Positions 22,762-37,080 of a stretch of 64,000 bases of DNA are shown piece by piece. A program made the position numbers and the translations under genes. The notes beneath the pieces are model-generated. The model saw only the letters and a program-made list of their open reading frames with translations, was not told where the DNA came from and did not search any database. Positions within the stretch are counted from its first letter, which is position 1. Each line of letters begins with the position of its first letter. Source of the stretch: Chlorokybus atmophyticus (lineage: Eukaryota; Plantae; Mesostigma and Chlorokybus algae); contig RHPI01002402.1 of the NCBI GenBank assembly GCA_009103225.1, forward strand, positions 591,412 through 655,411. Direction: 5' to 3'.

Positions 22762-24997
22762 ATGGGCAAGCCGGTGGGCTTCGCGCTGAGGAAGGTGGTA
22801 GCTCCCATGGTGGGCCAGTCGGACCTCGCCTTCCGGCTGCTCTGCCGCCGTCACGGGGCCGACCTCGCCTACACGGAGATGTTCCACAGGTGCGTGCATG
22901 AAGAGAGATTACAGCAGTGCATTGCCTGTTCTCTCTCCAGCACTGGAAATTGCTAAGCTGTGCGACATGTGGTCGTGATGACTTGCCACCACCCGTGCAG
23001 TGCAGACTGGGGATGTAAGTTTCATGCTATGTGACTGGTGCTCAACACTAGAACAGCGCAGTCAGTAGAGCTGCCGTTGCTGCAACCAAGCTGATCAATG
23101 CGGTTGGTGAACAAGCTTGTAAGCGATGACTGCGGCGAGCAAAGTCGAGTTGAGTTTCGCGTGTGTGTGACGCACATGCGCACAGTATGAGTGCGCGTGT
23201 GTGTGGGCATGTGTGTGCAATGCGTCAACAAAGCACATACATGCCCGCATCCATGCGTACGCCCGCGCTAATGCACACACATGCGCACAGAGAGCGACAA
23301 CCCGCACAGGCATGGACGTGCGCATTTATTCATGCATGCGAGCATGTACATGCACCCACTTACGCACCCACATCAAGCACGAGCTCACGACTCACCCAAA
23401 CTGACCTGTTATGCAGTTCCTCCTTCGCCACGGACGCGGATTACCGCGCGGCCTGTCTCCAGTCGTGCCCCGAGGACCGCCCGCTCGTCGTGCAGTTCTG
23501 CGGCAACGACCCCGCGACGATGCTGGCCGCCGCCAAGCACGTCGAGGACGTGTGCGACGCCGTGGATGTCAACCTGGGATGCCCGCAGAGATGCGCCGAG
23601 GAAGGAGGATTCGGTGCGTTCCTGCTCGTCAGCAAGCAGGCATGCTTGCTGTGCGAGATATATGTGTGAATGGAGGAATTGTCTGTGTGTCTGAGTGTGC
23701 ACGCGCGCGTGCAGGAGCGTGCGTTAACATGTGCGTGGGTGAGTGCATGTGGGGTTGTATGCGCACATGCAAGTGCGCATTTGTTGTGAGCGACAGTGCG
23801 TTGACGTGCATACGCGCATGATTGCTTGTTCTTGCGGCCTGGTGACAGCCTTGCCGTCCATGCGTGCTTACTGGCAGGATTGGGACCATGTCTGCGATAT
23901 CGTGAGGACGCTTGATCAGGGCCTAAAGATCCCAGTGTTCTGCAAGATTAGACTAACATCCCCACCCCACCTTGTAAGTGATGATGCACTGAGAAAATAG
24001 TCCACACCCACACATCAGCTTCCTTAGCAACAGTGTACATGTGTTGCTGCAGACAGTTGAGCTGGCGCAACGGTTGGAAGCAGCCGGGTGCTCGCTGCTG
24101 ACCGTGCATGGCCGAGAGCGCGGCAGCCAGGTGCCTATACACACACAACTCCATGCATCCACACATACGACTCCACCTTCGTCACAATCACCATCCCCAC
24201 CAGCGCTGCCGTCGTCGCGGCGCCGCCGACCTGGACCTCATCCGCTCCGTCAAGTCCGCCCTCGCCATCCCCGTCCTGACCAACGGCAACGTGTCTTGTC
24301 CGGACGACGTGTCGCGCAGCCTCGCGCTCACGGGGGCCGACGGCGTCATGAGCGCCGAGGGCGTGTTGAAGAATCCGGCGATGTTCAAAGGAGCGCCGCG
24401 GACGAGAGAAAACGTGCACCGACTGGCGAAAGAGTATCTGATGCTGTGCGGGATCCATGTGCCGCCAGATGGAGAGGAAACGATACGGGGGCACTTCAGG
24501 TGGTTCCTCGGCAAACAAGGCAGAGGTGAGTACTTGGTTGGGTTGGACTCGAGTCATTGGTTTCAGCATCACTCTTGCGGATGCGGATGCGAGTGCGAGT
24601 GCGCGTGCGAGTGCGTGCGCGTGTGTGGCTACGTGTGTGGGTGCAGGTGCGCTTGATCTTGCATGATGTACACATACGCACGTGTGTCCACAGTAATGCA
24701 TGGCGATGAATTGAGAGCCAGATCCCAAGCAGAAGTCAAACATGTGAGTAACAAGCGTTCTGTGTAGGCACAAGCATCCAGTACGAGTTTCGCGGCGGCT
24801 TCTCATCCCCTCACGACTTGACGCAGGACCTGCTAGCCGCAGAGTCCATCGACGACTTCGCAGCGCTGGCCGAAAAAGCCTTGGGTCAGCCTGATTGCCC
24901 GCTTGCCAACAGTGAGGGTGCTAGTATCGGTGAGCCGCAGCGATGCAGAGATGAAGCGCAGTTCGTTGAGGTTGCTGACCTCTTTGCGCAGTGTTGA
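22762..24997 (+). CDS. DUS1: tRNA-dihydrouridine synthase, DUS1-like
   Basis: Six exons. Motifs [81 protein letters not shown]. Confidence 0.9.
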
Positions 24998-25541
24998 AGG
25001 GGTTGCGTATCGATACAGGATGGCTACCATGTCTAGAGACGTTGGAATGTTGGAATGCCAAGTTTTTCGTTTTGTGCACAAGCAATGCGTGAGTGGTTGG
25101 TTTGTGCATGAGAGCTTCATGCACGGTGAGATATGTGTGGCTCTCATTGCACGACAATGGCTGGTTGTGGGCTTTCGAGAGAGACTGTTGCAAATGCATC
25201 TCAGTGAGTCTATTGCTGCTTGCAACTGCTGCTGCGTATTCTCACTATTAATACGCGCATGTGCGACAGGAAGCAACAACAGGTGTCCCGCCCCTAGTGT
25301 TGACACTAATATCACACGCTTGCCTGCCTTTGACTCCCAACTACCGTGGTAGCACGAAACTGCGGCTGAGTACCTACCACACTAACACCTGCGAGCTGTC
25401 TTGAATGGTTGACCAATGCTATGAATGACTTTGTGTGCTTACAACTGCCTTAAAGGACAGGGAAAGAGTGGCGAAAACTGCGAATGGGAGAGGGCCAGGT
25501 ACAGTGACGAAGCAACCGAAGCAAAGGGTGTCAACACTGTC

Positions 25542-27110
25542 TCAGAGTGGGAAGTCCTTGCCCAACCGCGATGCGCCCCTTATGCTCCCAAAGTTGGACC
25601 GCGCAAGCCTCCCGCTGGCTGCAATGCAACACAGAAACATCAACACGCACGTGCACGCGCACACGCATGCACACACCCACACCTACACATATCCACACAT
25701 CCACACCCACACCCACACAAACCCCACTCACCCGACGGCAATGCGGAGTCCGACAGCACCGCCGGATCATCCTCGTTCAGATCCACGACGACCGGCACCC
25801 CATGATTCATGATCTCGTTGTCGCTGAAGCTCCCTCCGTCCAGCACGGCCGCCCGCTGCGACGTCGTCAGGTCCGCCGACAGCGTGCGACCGTGACCCCG
25901 GTGCGGCTTGCCGTGGCTGGAGTGACCGTGCTTGGAGTGGGAGCCGTCGGAGGCGTGGCGGTCGGACATCTCGGTCTCGGAGTGGGCTGCGGGAGGGGGG
26001 AGAGGGGAGGGTTAGATGGTGGGGTGGGAGGGGGTTGAGGGTGGGTGGGTAGGTGGGTGGGGTGGGTGAGTGGGTTTGAAGGGGTGCTACTTACATCGGT
26101 CGTGGGCGGTGAAGAAAGGCTTCAGGAACTTGTCATCAAGGTTCTCGAAGCTCGCGCTGGACATGTGAGAGAAGTGTAAGCTGTAAGCGCGCGCACATGC
26201 ACACTCACGCACACGTAGAGAGACAACAACATAGAGTCAATGAGGGGGATGCCGAGTCTGCTGATGAGAGTGAACAGTGTCATCAGTGGGGGCACAAGTG
26301 TGTGCTGCGCTTGTTACCTCGTCTGGATGTCTTTCACGAACTTCTTGAACTTGCGTCGGTTCTTGCGCATGGCGCTCTTGAGCTTCTTGCCCGCGCCCTT
26401 CCCATCCGCCTCAGCCGTCAACTACGTTTCACACACACAAGCGCGCTCAGACTCGCACCAACTCATCGTCACACAACAACAGTTTCTTCGTTTACTGCGT
26501 GCAGTGTATGGGGTTTATAAACCTACCGCAGCATCCTCTTCTTCGTCGCGGATGTCCTTGGCCGTCACCTTCTCAAGCTGCACATGACCAGAGATATGAT
26601 TGACATCTTTTGCATATGGTTGACTTATTCGCTGTATGTGTGTGCCCATGCGTGTATGCGTGTGCACGCGCATGTGTGTGTGTGCGTGCATTTGTGCGTG
26701 TGTGCGCATGGGTTCGTGCATGTTGCAAGCGTGCGTGTGTGCACATGCGGGCGGTTTCATGGAGTGTGCTTCAACAACTCACGTCATCATAGTAGTCGCC
26801 GCCAGTCCCGCGCAGGTTGAACTTGTCCAGGAGGGTGGCTGTCGACCCGCCGATAGCCAACACCTGGGATGAATGAGGATGATTAATTTTTCGACAACGG
26901 TCACCACAGCGATCACGCCAGAATGGTGATGTTAGTAACGAGCAGATTGATGGAGGACTTGACTCGTTTGCTCACTCAGTCATTCTCCAGTTCTACTTAT
27001 GAGTTAGTGCATTGCTTTCTTGTTTGTCCTTCCTTCACTCTTACTCTCCCGCTCACCCAGTTGCTCAGCAGCTCAGTAACCCACACACTTACTTGTTCAC
27101 ATGCTCAGTT

Positions 27111-27185
<75 letters not shown>

Positions 27186-30100
27186 NTGGCACTCACCCCG
27201 ACGACAATGATGAAGAAGGTGGTCGTCTTGATGATGTTGCCGCTGGTGATGCGGGGGTCGCGGCTCGCAAGCAGCGCCAACGCAAACGCCATCGCACCCC
27301 TCAACCCTGCGTGTGTTTGCCACCGTGAAGATCGTCACCACCAACATACGTGTGTCTGTACGCATGCACTTGCACATCTATGCGCGTGCGCATGCCTGCG
27401 TGTCTGTGCGTGCATGTGTGGGAACGCTGCATGCGTGTGTGCATGTCCTGTCACCTGATAGCCATGTCATGTGCATGTGGGCGTTCGAGATGCGTCGCTC
27501 GACGGGCCGGATGAGGTTCATCGCCCAGCACGACGGGTACACGTTCAGTGCCCTCCCGATCAAACACGCAAGCTGCGTGGGGAGGAAGCACAACATTCAG
27601 TGTCACCACAAGTAATGCTATTTTCTTGTGTTTGTTGTGTGTCTGCTTGCTTACGATTGCAACGGCGGTGAAGCCAAAATGAGCCCAGCTTTGCTCCGAC
27701 ATGAACGTCGCGGAGCCCATGTACACGAAGCTGCGAGGGGTATATGTCCACATTATTGACACGTACGAGGCAGTTTTGGGGCTGTGTGACGACATGGCGG
27801 CATGCTGACTTACACGAAGTTCTCGCATAGTGTGGTGATGAGCTTGTAGAAGGAGCCGACACTCTCGCGAGCACCCTCGGACATGTTGGGCGTCGCGTAA
27901 TGCGCCATCACCTGGTTGTGTACTTATGAGTCTGTGTATCAATTGTTTTGTCGTGGTAAAGAATTGTTGTCGCATACGCAGTCATGCACGCGCACACACA
28001 CACACACACACACGCGCACTCGCGCACGCGCACTGTGTCAGCCGTATGGCTACTGCCTGTGACCAAGTGATGTATACACAACGCATGTCCCCGCTCTTAC
28101 TATGCCGCAGAAGAGGATGGCGACGATGCCGGACAGGTGCAAAGCCTCCGCAGCCATGTACCTGTGCGCAGAGTGAAGTCTTATCAATAACGCATGACGT
28201 TGTCGCAAGTTGTTATGTGCGGTGCCAACACACAGATGATAATCGTGATGATGTTGAACGTACGCGATGTAGGGGAGGACCACAACAATCGCAGCCTCGA
28301 GCTTCTCCGCCCTGTTAGGAGGATTGACAAGTGTTGGTCTCTGTTGTGTCATCACGCGCAATGTTTCTGAATAACACAACGAGCACGCATGCAGGAGTGC
28401 GCAGGTGCACACGCGCGCGCGCGCGCGCGCACACACGCACGCACGCCAAGTGGCCTTACTCATTCTGGGCGAACTCCACGTATTTGGTGAGGTGCTCACA
28501 GCCAGGAAGGTTAAGGAACAAACCGGTGTATATGTGGCACCAACATAACATACAACAAGAAACACACATCCACGTTGCTCGTGGCTCCAGTCACAGTATG
28601 TCACCAAGAACACGAACACAAAAGAGACAGCACGCAACGAGAGGATATCAATGCGCTGGCGAGCGCCACGACAGTACCTATCAAACCAGACAACCAACAT
28701 CAGCCACCGTAGGTCCTCAGCAGCAACGACAATAGTGATTTCTGTGCGTGTGCGCGTGCGTGTGTGCTTGTATGTGTTTTCTCACCGATGACGAATGATC
28801 CGACGAAGATGAGTATGGCGGTCCCGATGGCTTTGCCTACCGCGGCACCCGTGACGGGCGTGTCCAGAAACATCGCAAACGTCCTGCCCCACGCGCAAGT
28901 CAACCCATGCACGCCCGTGTTGGTGTACAGCAAATCGTTCACTACTACTTGGGTGTTAGCGTGATGAACGAGTGAGATACTCACCTGAACAGCACAATAG
29001 CCACCTGTGTGCAACAGAGCAAACCGAGTCAATATGCGTGCGCGTATGCAAGTGCCGTTGTATACGTGCATGTGCATGCGCACGCACGTGCATGCATGCA
29101 TGCGTGCGCATGCACGAGTGAGCAAGCAAGCAAGCAAGCAACGTGCCCACATCACTTGCGCTCCCACCCACTCACCGCATCATTGAGTCCCGACTCCCCA
29201 AACACGAACGCATACAGATCGATATCCGCCCCCAGTTCGTTGAATATCGCCAGCACCGACACCGGGTCCGTGGCGCTGATCAGACTCCCGAACAGCATCG
29301 CTTCCAGGAAGGGTATCGGGTAGGTGATGCCGATCGCGCCCACCCCCCAGACGATCAAGCCGACCCCGACGGAAGAGACGAAGGTGCCGTAGAAGGCGAA
29401 GGAACAGATGGCGCCAAAGTTCATGAAGAAGGGCTTGGGTTGCATGGAGTAGCCGGACTCGGTGGAGGAGGCGGTTAAGGTGAACAGCGGTTGGGTAGAG
29501 ATGTGGGGTTACACGTGGGCACGCATATACACACACTCGGCTTCTCTGCCTACACGCACGTACGCATGCACATACGCACGCAGATGTGCACAGCCACACA
29601 ACCATGCAAGCAAGTGGTAAGGGTATTGGCGTGTGAGGGTGGATATAATATAATCGGTGGGAGGAGGAAGAGGAAAAAGAAGCCTTCTTGGAAGTCGATC
29701 CACTTGCTGCGTTGCATGAGAGATCAGATTGTGAGCAATTGTTGTATCTGACAGTTACTGTTCATGCGGTTGATAGCGACGCGATTTGGACCAAAAGCTC
29801 ACACCTGAAGTTCTCTCCGGGCTTGACGATCATCACTATCGCGCTTAGACCAATACCTGCACTCAATCAGGCAGTGCGATGAGTGCGGTTGAGGGTATTT
29901 CAAAACAGGCACAACCGCATATACACAAGCGGAAGCTCACACCCAGGCGTGTGCGTGCTTGCTAACAAGCACACACGCATATGCGCAACAACGCACACCC
30001 ACACACGGACGCTCGCCCGCTCGCCCGCATGCACATACACACACATTTACATGTGCGCACGCGCATTTACGCCCACACGCGTCCACACTTGACTAGTCAC

Positions 30101-30387
30101 ACCCACTCACCCAGCAGCATGGACGCCCCCGCCTCCGGCAGGCAATGTATCTTATTCCTCTTCACTGCGTATCCGCACAGCATGGCGATGACGAGCATGG
30201 ACAGGTGGAGCATCAGCGACACGCTCGCCAGGGCGTCCCCGACCTCGCCGCCGCCACCCTCGCTGCTCTCGGTGGTGTCATGGGAGGTCGCGGGGGAGGG
30301 GACGGGAGAGGAGGACGCGTAGTCCATGGTACTACCGACGGAGACGGAGACGTCGGTCACCCAGTCGCTGACGCCTTCTGAAGTCAT
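25542..30387 (-). CDS. NHX: Na+(K+)/H+ antiporter, CPA1 family (NHX/NHE, endosomal-type likely)
   Basis: Many exons. Motifs LPEAGASMLLG, FFMNFGAI, FGSLISATDPVSVLAIF, LYAFVFGESGLNDAV, RGAMAFALAL. Subclade not resolved. Last exon inferred ASGRLARSNFGSIRGASRLGKDFPL*. Confidence 0.92.
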
Positions 30388-30395
30388 GGCTGAGG

Positions 30396-30986
<591 letters not shown>

Positions 30987-32939
30987 GGCTTTGAATAGAT
31001 GCATCAGGGTTGAGTTTCAACTACAGTCCAAACTTCGGTCAAGAACGACTTGTTCCTGGCCAGCTGTTGAGAACAGTGTCACAGAAGTGTGCTTTGTGGT
31101 AATTGCCGAGCGATGATCGAGCTTGATCACGAGATTGACCAGAACAGTGCATAACGCATCGCAGATTGAGATGAATTATCGAGCCACGGACAATCAGCAT
31201 CCCGCTCTGGGCTGTTATGTTTGCGTCACTACCGGCTGTAAACAGATCTCAAACCACTGCAAACAGCAGATGTTGACTCTCTCAGAAGTACCTTTCAATG
31301 CACACGTTCTTAGATCCCTGCAGAGCTAAGCCTACACCACGGGATACATAATGAGAAAAGTAGCCGAGCAATGGCCGATTGATACCCGCAACACATTGTC
31401 ATGGATCGATCATTCAATCACCTGATGAACGCCAACCAGCAACCCACAGCAGGCGCGCCTTGTGTCGAGTGAGTCTCCCCTCTTAGATCGGCAGCAGACG
31501 AAGTGCTGCTTCTCTCTCACACGCACTAGCCAACCAACTGAGACTCGGACTCACCCCATCAACCGATCCATCGCTTGATGGCTGGTCCTATCACCCACCA
31601 TCAATCCTCTCCCCTCCCTTCTCCCCTTCCCTCCTCTACCACCTAATCTCCTCTACCACCCCAATGTCGCCGCCGCCGCCAACACGCACGGTTGCACCTC
31701 AGACAAACTGTGGGGCCTGACTGCCCAACTGATTGGCTGGGGGACGCCAACCAGCACGAAAAATGCACTACACACTGACTGCTGCAGGGGAAAAAAAAAA
31801 CCGGTACTAAAATTAGGGCACGGGCTGCTGCCCGGCCGCGAGTATCCTCAGCTATACCGCAGCGCGCGACACTCCGCGATCGCGCACGTGACCAGATGTC
31901 CGCCACTGTCGAGATGTATATCACCACGGTTGTGTCGATATCCTCTTGTGCTTGTGGAGCAGACCCTTTAACAAACCGTGACGAGGGCGCATCGCTTCGG
32001 TTATCCCTGTTCGGTCTATTGTGAACCATCGGATGTGACATCGATTGCTATCGAGGGTGTATGACAGGGGCACGATTGCTAACTGCGTATTTGTTCCGGT
32101 AGTCGCCGTTATGCTGTGGCATACACTATGCATTCAGCCCCCAATATGCCGCCACTGGATGACGTGGACACTGCTGGACGTCCACGTGGACGGGGTGGCG
32201 GCGGCAGCAGGGCGGTGGACGAGGCTGTTGGGGCTGGTCGTGTGGGAGAGCCTCGAGCGTCCCACAGTCCTGTTGTAAAGAGTGGCACAGCGGGCCGGCC
32301 CCTAGGAACCAGCTGGGAACAGGTGCAGCAGCAGCAGCCAATGGCCTGCTTGGTTTGAAGGTGGCGGCGAGTTTCTTCTCTTGGCAAGGTTTGTTCATGT
32401 GGGAGTGCTGGTGCGGGGTGACACACGTGCATGCGAGGTCTTGGTTGCTCCGAATGCTTCATCACCATGCGTCATTGGCTGCAACACATCCACAAGCCAT
32501 GCTACGTGCATGCCGTGCCACTCATGCAGCTGGCTTCCCGCACACAAATGTAGCTGCACGTATGGCCAGCTGTGACGCATTCGTGCGATACTCACTTGAA
32601 AGGCACAAGCTGGGAGTCGGGTAGACGCAATACAGAACACAGAAGCGCAGAACCAACACAGCTGGTTTGAGCTGAATAGAGAGTTTTTAGCCTTAGCATG
32701 CTTCCACTTGGTTGAATCGATCGCATTGTACATTCTGCACTTCATATTTACACCTATGCTTCTGCTGGTTTGTGCGCTCACTTGTTGCCATCAACATGGC
32801 AGCTGCAGATAGAGGTCTCTGAAAAACACCGACACAGCAGCAGTTACATTGCAGGCTGACAGGTTGGGAAGAAGCACTGTGCTGAATTGGAAACAGCCGC
32901 AGCATTGTGGTAGATTCTGCCTACATATATACACACATC

Positions 32940-35690
32940 ATGGCCAAGGGGGGTCCAGAGTACACACCCCTCCCTGCCGCCGAGGGCAGAGTAGACACAC
33001 ACCAAGGAGTGTCCAACTCCATGGCTGATGGAGTCATAGCGAATGGAGGCAACACCACCAGCATGCACGGATGGCGGCGGCGGTGGGAGGATGCGTTGTG
33101 GGTCTATGTGCCGGCGCTGCGAATGGTCCCACCATTCATGCTGCAGTTTACGGGTCTCATAATGGCATACCCGTCCATCGCGGATATTACTGTTGCTGCC
33201 CTCTGCCCTCAGTCCAACAAATGCCCTGGCGTGCTCTACGCCAATGGCATTGCTGCCACTGTAAGCAATGGGTTGACATGCATGCCACTGTGTAAAGTAG
33301 TCAGTACCTTTGCATGTGCGTCAAGGCTCGTGTGGATGTTCAGCAATTGGTCTGTGCAGGTTTCTGGTGTGCTGGCCGTGTTTCTTGCTCCACTGCTTGG
33401 AGCACTTTCCGACGTGCACGGCAGGAAACCTATCCTAACGGCAGCTTTTTTGCTACAGATTATTCCATATGGTAAGCGAGTTGAAAGAGTCACTAGCTCC
33501 GCATCAACATCATGCGCATGCATGTGCGCACACACACACGTATACAATGTGTGCACATATGCGTGTGCATGCACGCACATGCACAATGAGACGCACACAT
33601 GCATACCTGGACACATGCATGTATGCGGGTGAGCGTGCAATATACTGACTATCACAGATGCTGCGTGCAGTGGTGTTGGCGGTTGGGAGGACGCGGTCTT
33701 ATATCCTTGCCTATTTTGCAATCCGGGCACTGGTTGGGGGCTTTGATGGTGCAGCGTTCGGCCTAATCTACGCATATGTGGCGGACGTGACCAAGGCGGT
33801 CGAGCAGCGCGCACGCGTCATGGGCATGATCATGGCGCCGTTCTCTCTCGCGCTGCTCGCTGGCACCAGTCTGGCCTTTATCGTGCCTCAGCGGATCCTA
33901 TTCCAGGTACATATGTCAGACGACCAGTTTCATCAAGAGTCCAGTTCATGTCGTTCTAACGCGTCATGTATTACTTGCGGCACCTCCCTTGCAAGTGGGT
34001 TGCAACCACACTGCACCCATATAGATAGCAAGTTCACATGAGCCAGTCTGCAATGCACAGTAACAAGAGGTATGAGTATGAGCACAGCAAAGCATGTCAT
34101 TTGGCTGTGCACTGCTACCAAGACGAGTCTACTATGAATTGCAGCACACAATCACAGTAATAGTGCATGTTGTGAATGCTGTTTGCCTGAAACAAGACTT
34201 TTACTTCGTACTTTGCACACCTAGCACCAACACCAACAGCATAGTGCAGTGCCACATAGCACACTAATTCATTGTGCGCAGGCGGTGATTGGGACGTGTC
34301 TGGTGGCGGTGTTGATCCTGGTGCTGTTCGTGCCTGAGTCGCTGCCGCGCAAGGTGCAGCAGGACCACATCGCGGATGTCAAGCGGCCCCTGATCCGCCG
34401 CACCACGTCCTTCCGAGACAGCGCCCAACTCGTCACCCGCACGTGAGCAAGCATCAGGCATCATTGTGTTCTGGATAATGTCGTTGTTGTTGTTGGTGGT
34501 GTTGTTGTTGATGATGGTAATGATGTTGAACTCAATTACCGCGCAGGCCGTATCTGGCGGGTTTGGCACTGGCGGTGTTCTTCGCAGCGCTGTGCGAGAC
34601 GGGCCTCGTGAACACAATCAACTTCTACATGAAGGCGCAGTTCGACTGGCACAAGAACCAGTTCGCCACCCTCACCTTCATCTCCGGCTTCGCTGCCCTC
34701 CCCGTACAGGTGCATTTTCCCTGCCATCAGAAAGACTAACACTCACATCACATAGTCGTGTGACACTGACTGTGTGGTCATTGTGTTACAGCTGGTGTTG
34801 CTTCCGTTGATGCTGTGGTTGATCGGGGCCAAGGGCGTGGTGATCGTGTCGCTGCTGGTGAACGCGCTGCACGCGCTGCTGTACGGGCTCGCGCTCGCAC
34901 CCTGGATGCCCTATGCGGCCGCCGCAATGGGATCAATGTCTATGCTTGTGTTCCCCTCCGTCGGCGGACTCGTCTCCGCAGCCGGCACACCTGATGAACA
35001 GGGTGAGATGCCAAGTGCTTGCATGCGCGCGTTGTTGTTGTGGCGATCAACTGTGCTCAACTCACTCATGAGCGCATCTGATACGAAGTGCACAGTGTCT
35101 TTGTGTGCTTGGTGTCCATGTGAGTTGTTTGGGCATAGCTGTGTCATGTTTTAACACAGATTGCAGCAGTTGCGCCGGAATGCGTGCGTGTGTGTGATTG
35201 TGCAGCATGTGAGTGCTCGTATGCTCTCGCACATGTGTGATAGTAGGGCACTCTACTCGACTGATGCACCAGCAGCGTGCTCATCCTGCTCTTTTTCTTC
35301 TCAGGTGCGTTGCAGGGGGCTATTTCGGGTGTGAAGGCCCTCGCCAGCAGCATCGGCCCTCTCCTCTTCAACGCCTTGACCGGTTACTTTCTCTCCGATT
35401 CCGCTCCCTTCCATTGTCCTGGCTTCGCGTTCTACGTGGGCACCTTCTTCGCCCTCGTCGCCGCGGCCGTCGTGGTCTTCCTCCCTGCTCGCGACGCTGT
35501 GCACAGGTCTTCTATGGGTCAGACAGCCGCGCGCGAGAGACTCAAAGCCACACTAGCGAGAGGAGATGAGGAGTACGGGTACCCACCTGCGGGGCCTGCG
35601 CGCGTGAGTAATCGTGAAGATAGTGGAAGGCGCATTGTGTTTGAAGGGGCGGTGAAGTACATGGGTGAGGAGGCACCCTTGCTGTCTTGA
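32940..35690 (+). CDS. MFS transporter, TetA/HIAT1(MFSD14)-like
   Basis: Seven exons. Motif A GALSDVHGRKPIL, AYVADVT..EQRARVMG, LFVPESLP, PDEQG|ALQGAISGVKALASSIGPLLF. Confidence 0.9.
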
Positions 35691-36203
35691 TTGGGTTTGG
35701 TGTCCTAGCCATTGGTTTTGGGGGATTTGTCTCACACAGGTTTGGGTTGGGTTCTTGACGCTCTTGTCGTCATTGCTTCTGTTCTTCGCTGCAGTCGGCA
35801 CATGCAGCTGTTCGTGTAAAAGCTTTATCATCTTTGTAAATTTGGGCTGTACCATTAGCTCCTTTAACACTGGACGCTGTAGTTGCTCTGCTGTCCGTTG
35901 GTGCTAAACAACGATCGTGTGTTTGTGCTTCCGGTCTGCGTGCTACTTTAAACCAATTCTGCACAGACTGTCAGTGGCAGCAATGGATGTGCCCGTTGCT
36001 TGTGCAAGCTATGTAATGCCAATGCCTACTTGATTACTTCATGACCACCGTACGCAAAGTCAGCATCCCAAGACTGTTCATGCATTGTGGGTGTTTGGCT
36101 TATGCGCTTGGCATAGAGTCTGTCATCATGGATTCCTACAATTACCCTATGCATCTACGCATCAGTATAGCACCATGTCCAAGTATACACAAACCACTCC
36201 AAC

Positions 36204-36971
36204 TCACCCCCTCTCCTGGTCAAACTCCTCCCCCTCACTGTCCTCTTCCTCCACGTCGTCATCATCGTCGTCGTCCTCCTCCTCGTCCGCCTCGGGCTCA
36301 AACTCGTCCCCGTGCTTGCCGGCATCCTTGCTACGGCCTATGGGACTTGGCGCAGAAGGGGCTTCCCTCACTGCCGCAAGCTGCTTAATGCAGAAGGATG
36401 AGAGGCGTGGTTTCCAAGTGTGAAGAAGTGTGTAACAAGCATACTGATGCGTGCATGTGTGTGCGCGCGCGCGCGCGACTGCGCAACATGTGCGCGCACG
36501 CATACGTGTGTATGTCTCGCGCACGAACACATGCATGCGCTCATTGTTTGCGTGTTTGCGCATGCACACTTCAAACATACACTATGCACACACGTGCTTA
36601 TAATGCCAGTGGAATGTGCCGCCGCAGCGAGCACACCAGTAATTCAAGGCAGATGTGCGTGTAGAAGGCATGTGTGGTGATGGGTGGTGAGTGCAATCGT
36701 GAATAGATCCATCCGTTACAACCATCTAAGTTGTGTTGATGTTTCGAACGCCGTACATGTATGCACAGAGATGCACACGCACATGAGCGAGGTGTTTGGC
36801 CTCCTCGGCGGCGAGCAGTTGGGCGAAGGGGAGGGGTTGGTGAGGGGCGGTGGTAGCCGGGGCGTTGGAGGTGGTCTGGCTGGTGGAGGAGGAGATGGAG
36901 AGCAGCAACCCTCCCGCCAGCGCCTCCTCCAGCGTCGCTGGCGCCGGGGACACCGACGACGCCAGCCACAT
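36204..36971 (-). CDS. Small acidic protein, probable anaphase-promoting complex subunit 15 (121 aa)
   Basis: Two exons 36971-36783 and 36380-36204 join to EEAKHLAH|LAAVREAPSAPSPIGR...DEEEDDDDDDDVEEEDSE. The spacing E..H.A.L..V.E......PIG[RK] plus acidic tail matches remembered animal APC15 [23 protein letters not shown]. Confidence 0.5.
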
Positions 36972-37024
36972 CGCCGCTCCTACGGCTGTGGGCCTGGAGA
37001 GTGGTGTTCCTTACTGAGTTCTAA

Positions 37025-37060
<36 letters not shown>

Positions 37061-37080
37061 TTGAGGGCGTTGGTGCACGT

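Noticed and set aside
32116-32358. GC-rich ORF as first MFS exon
   Set aside because: Its best donor (phase 0) does not match the acceptor phase before the 32940 ATG. Probably UTR.
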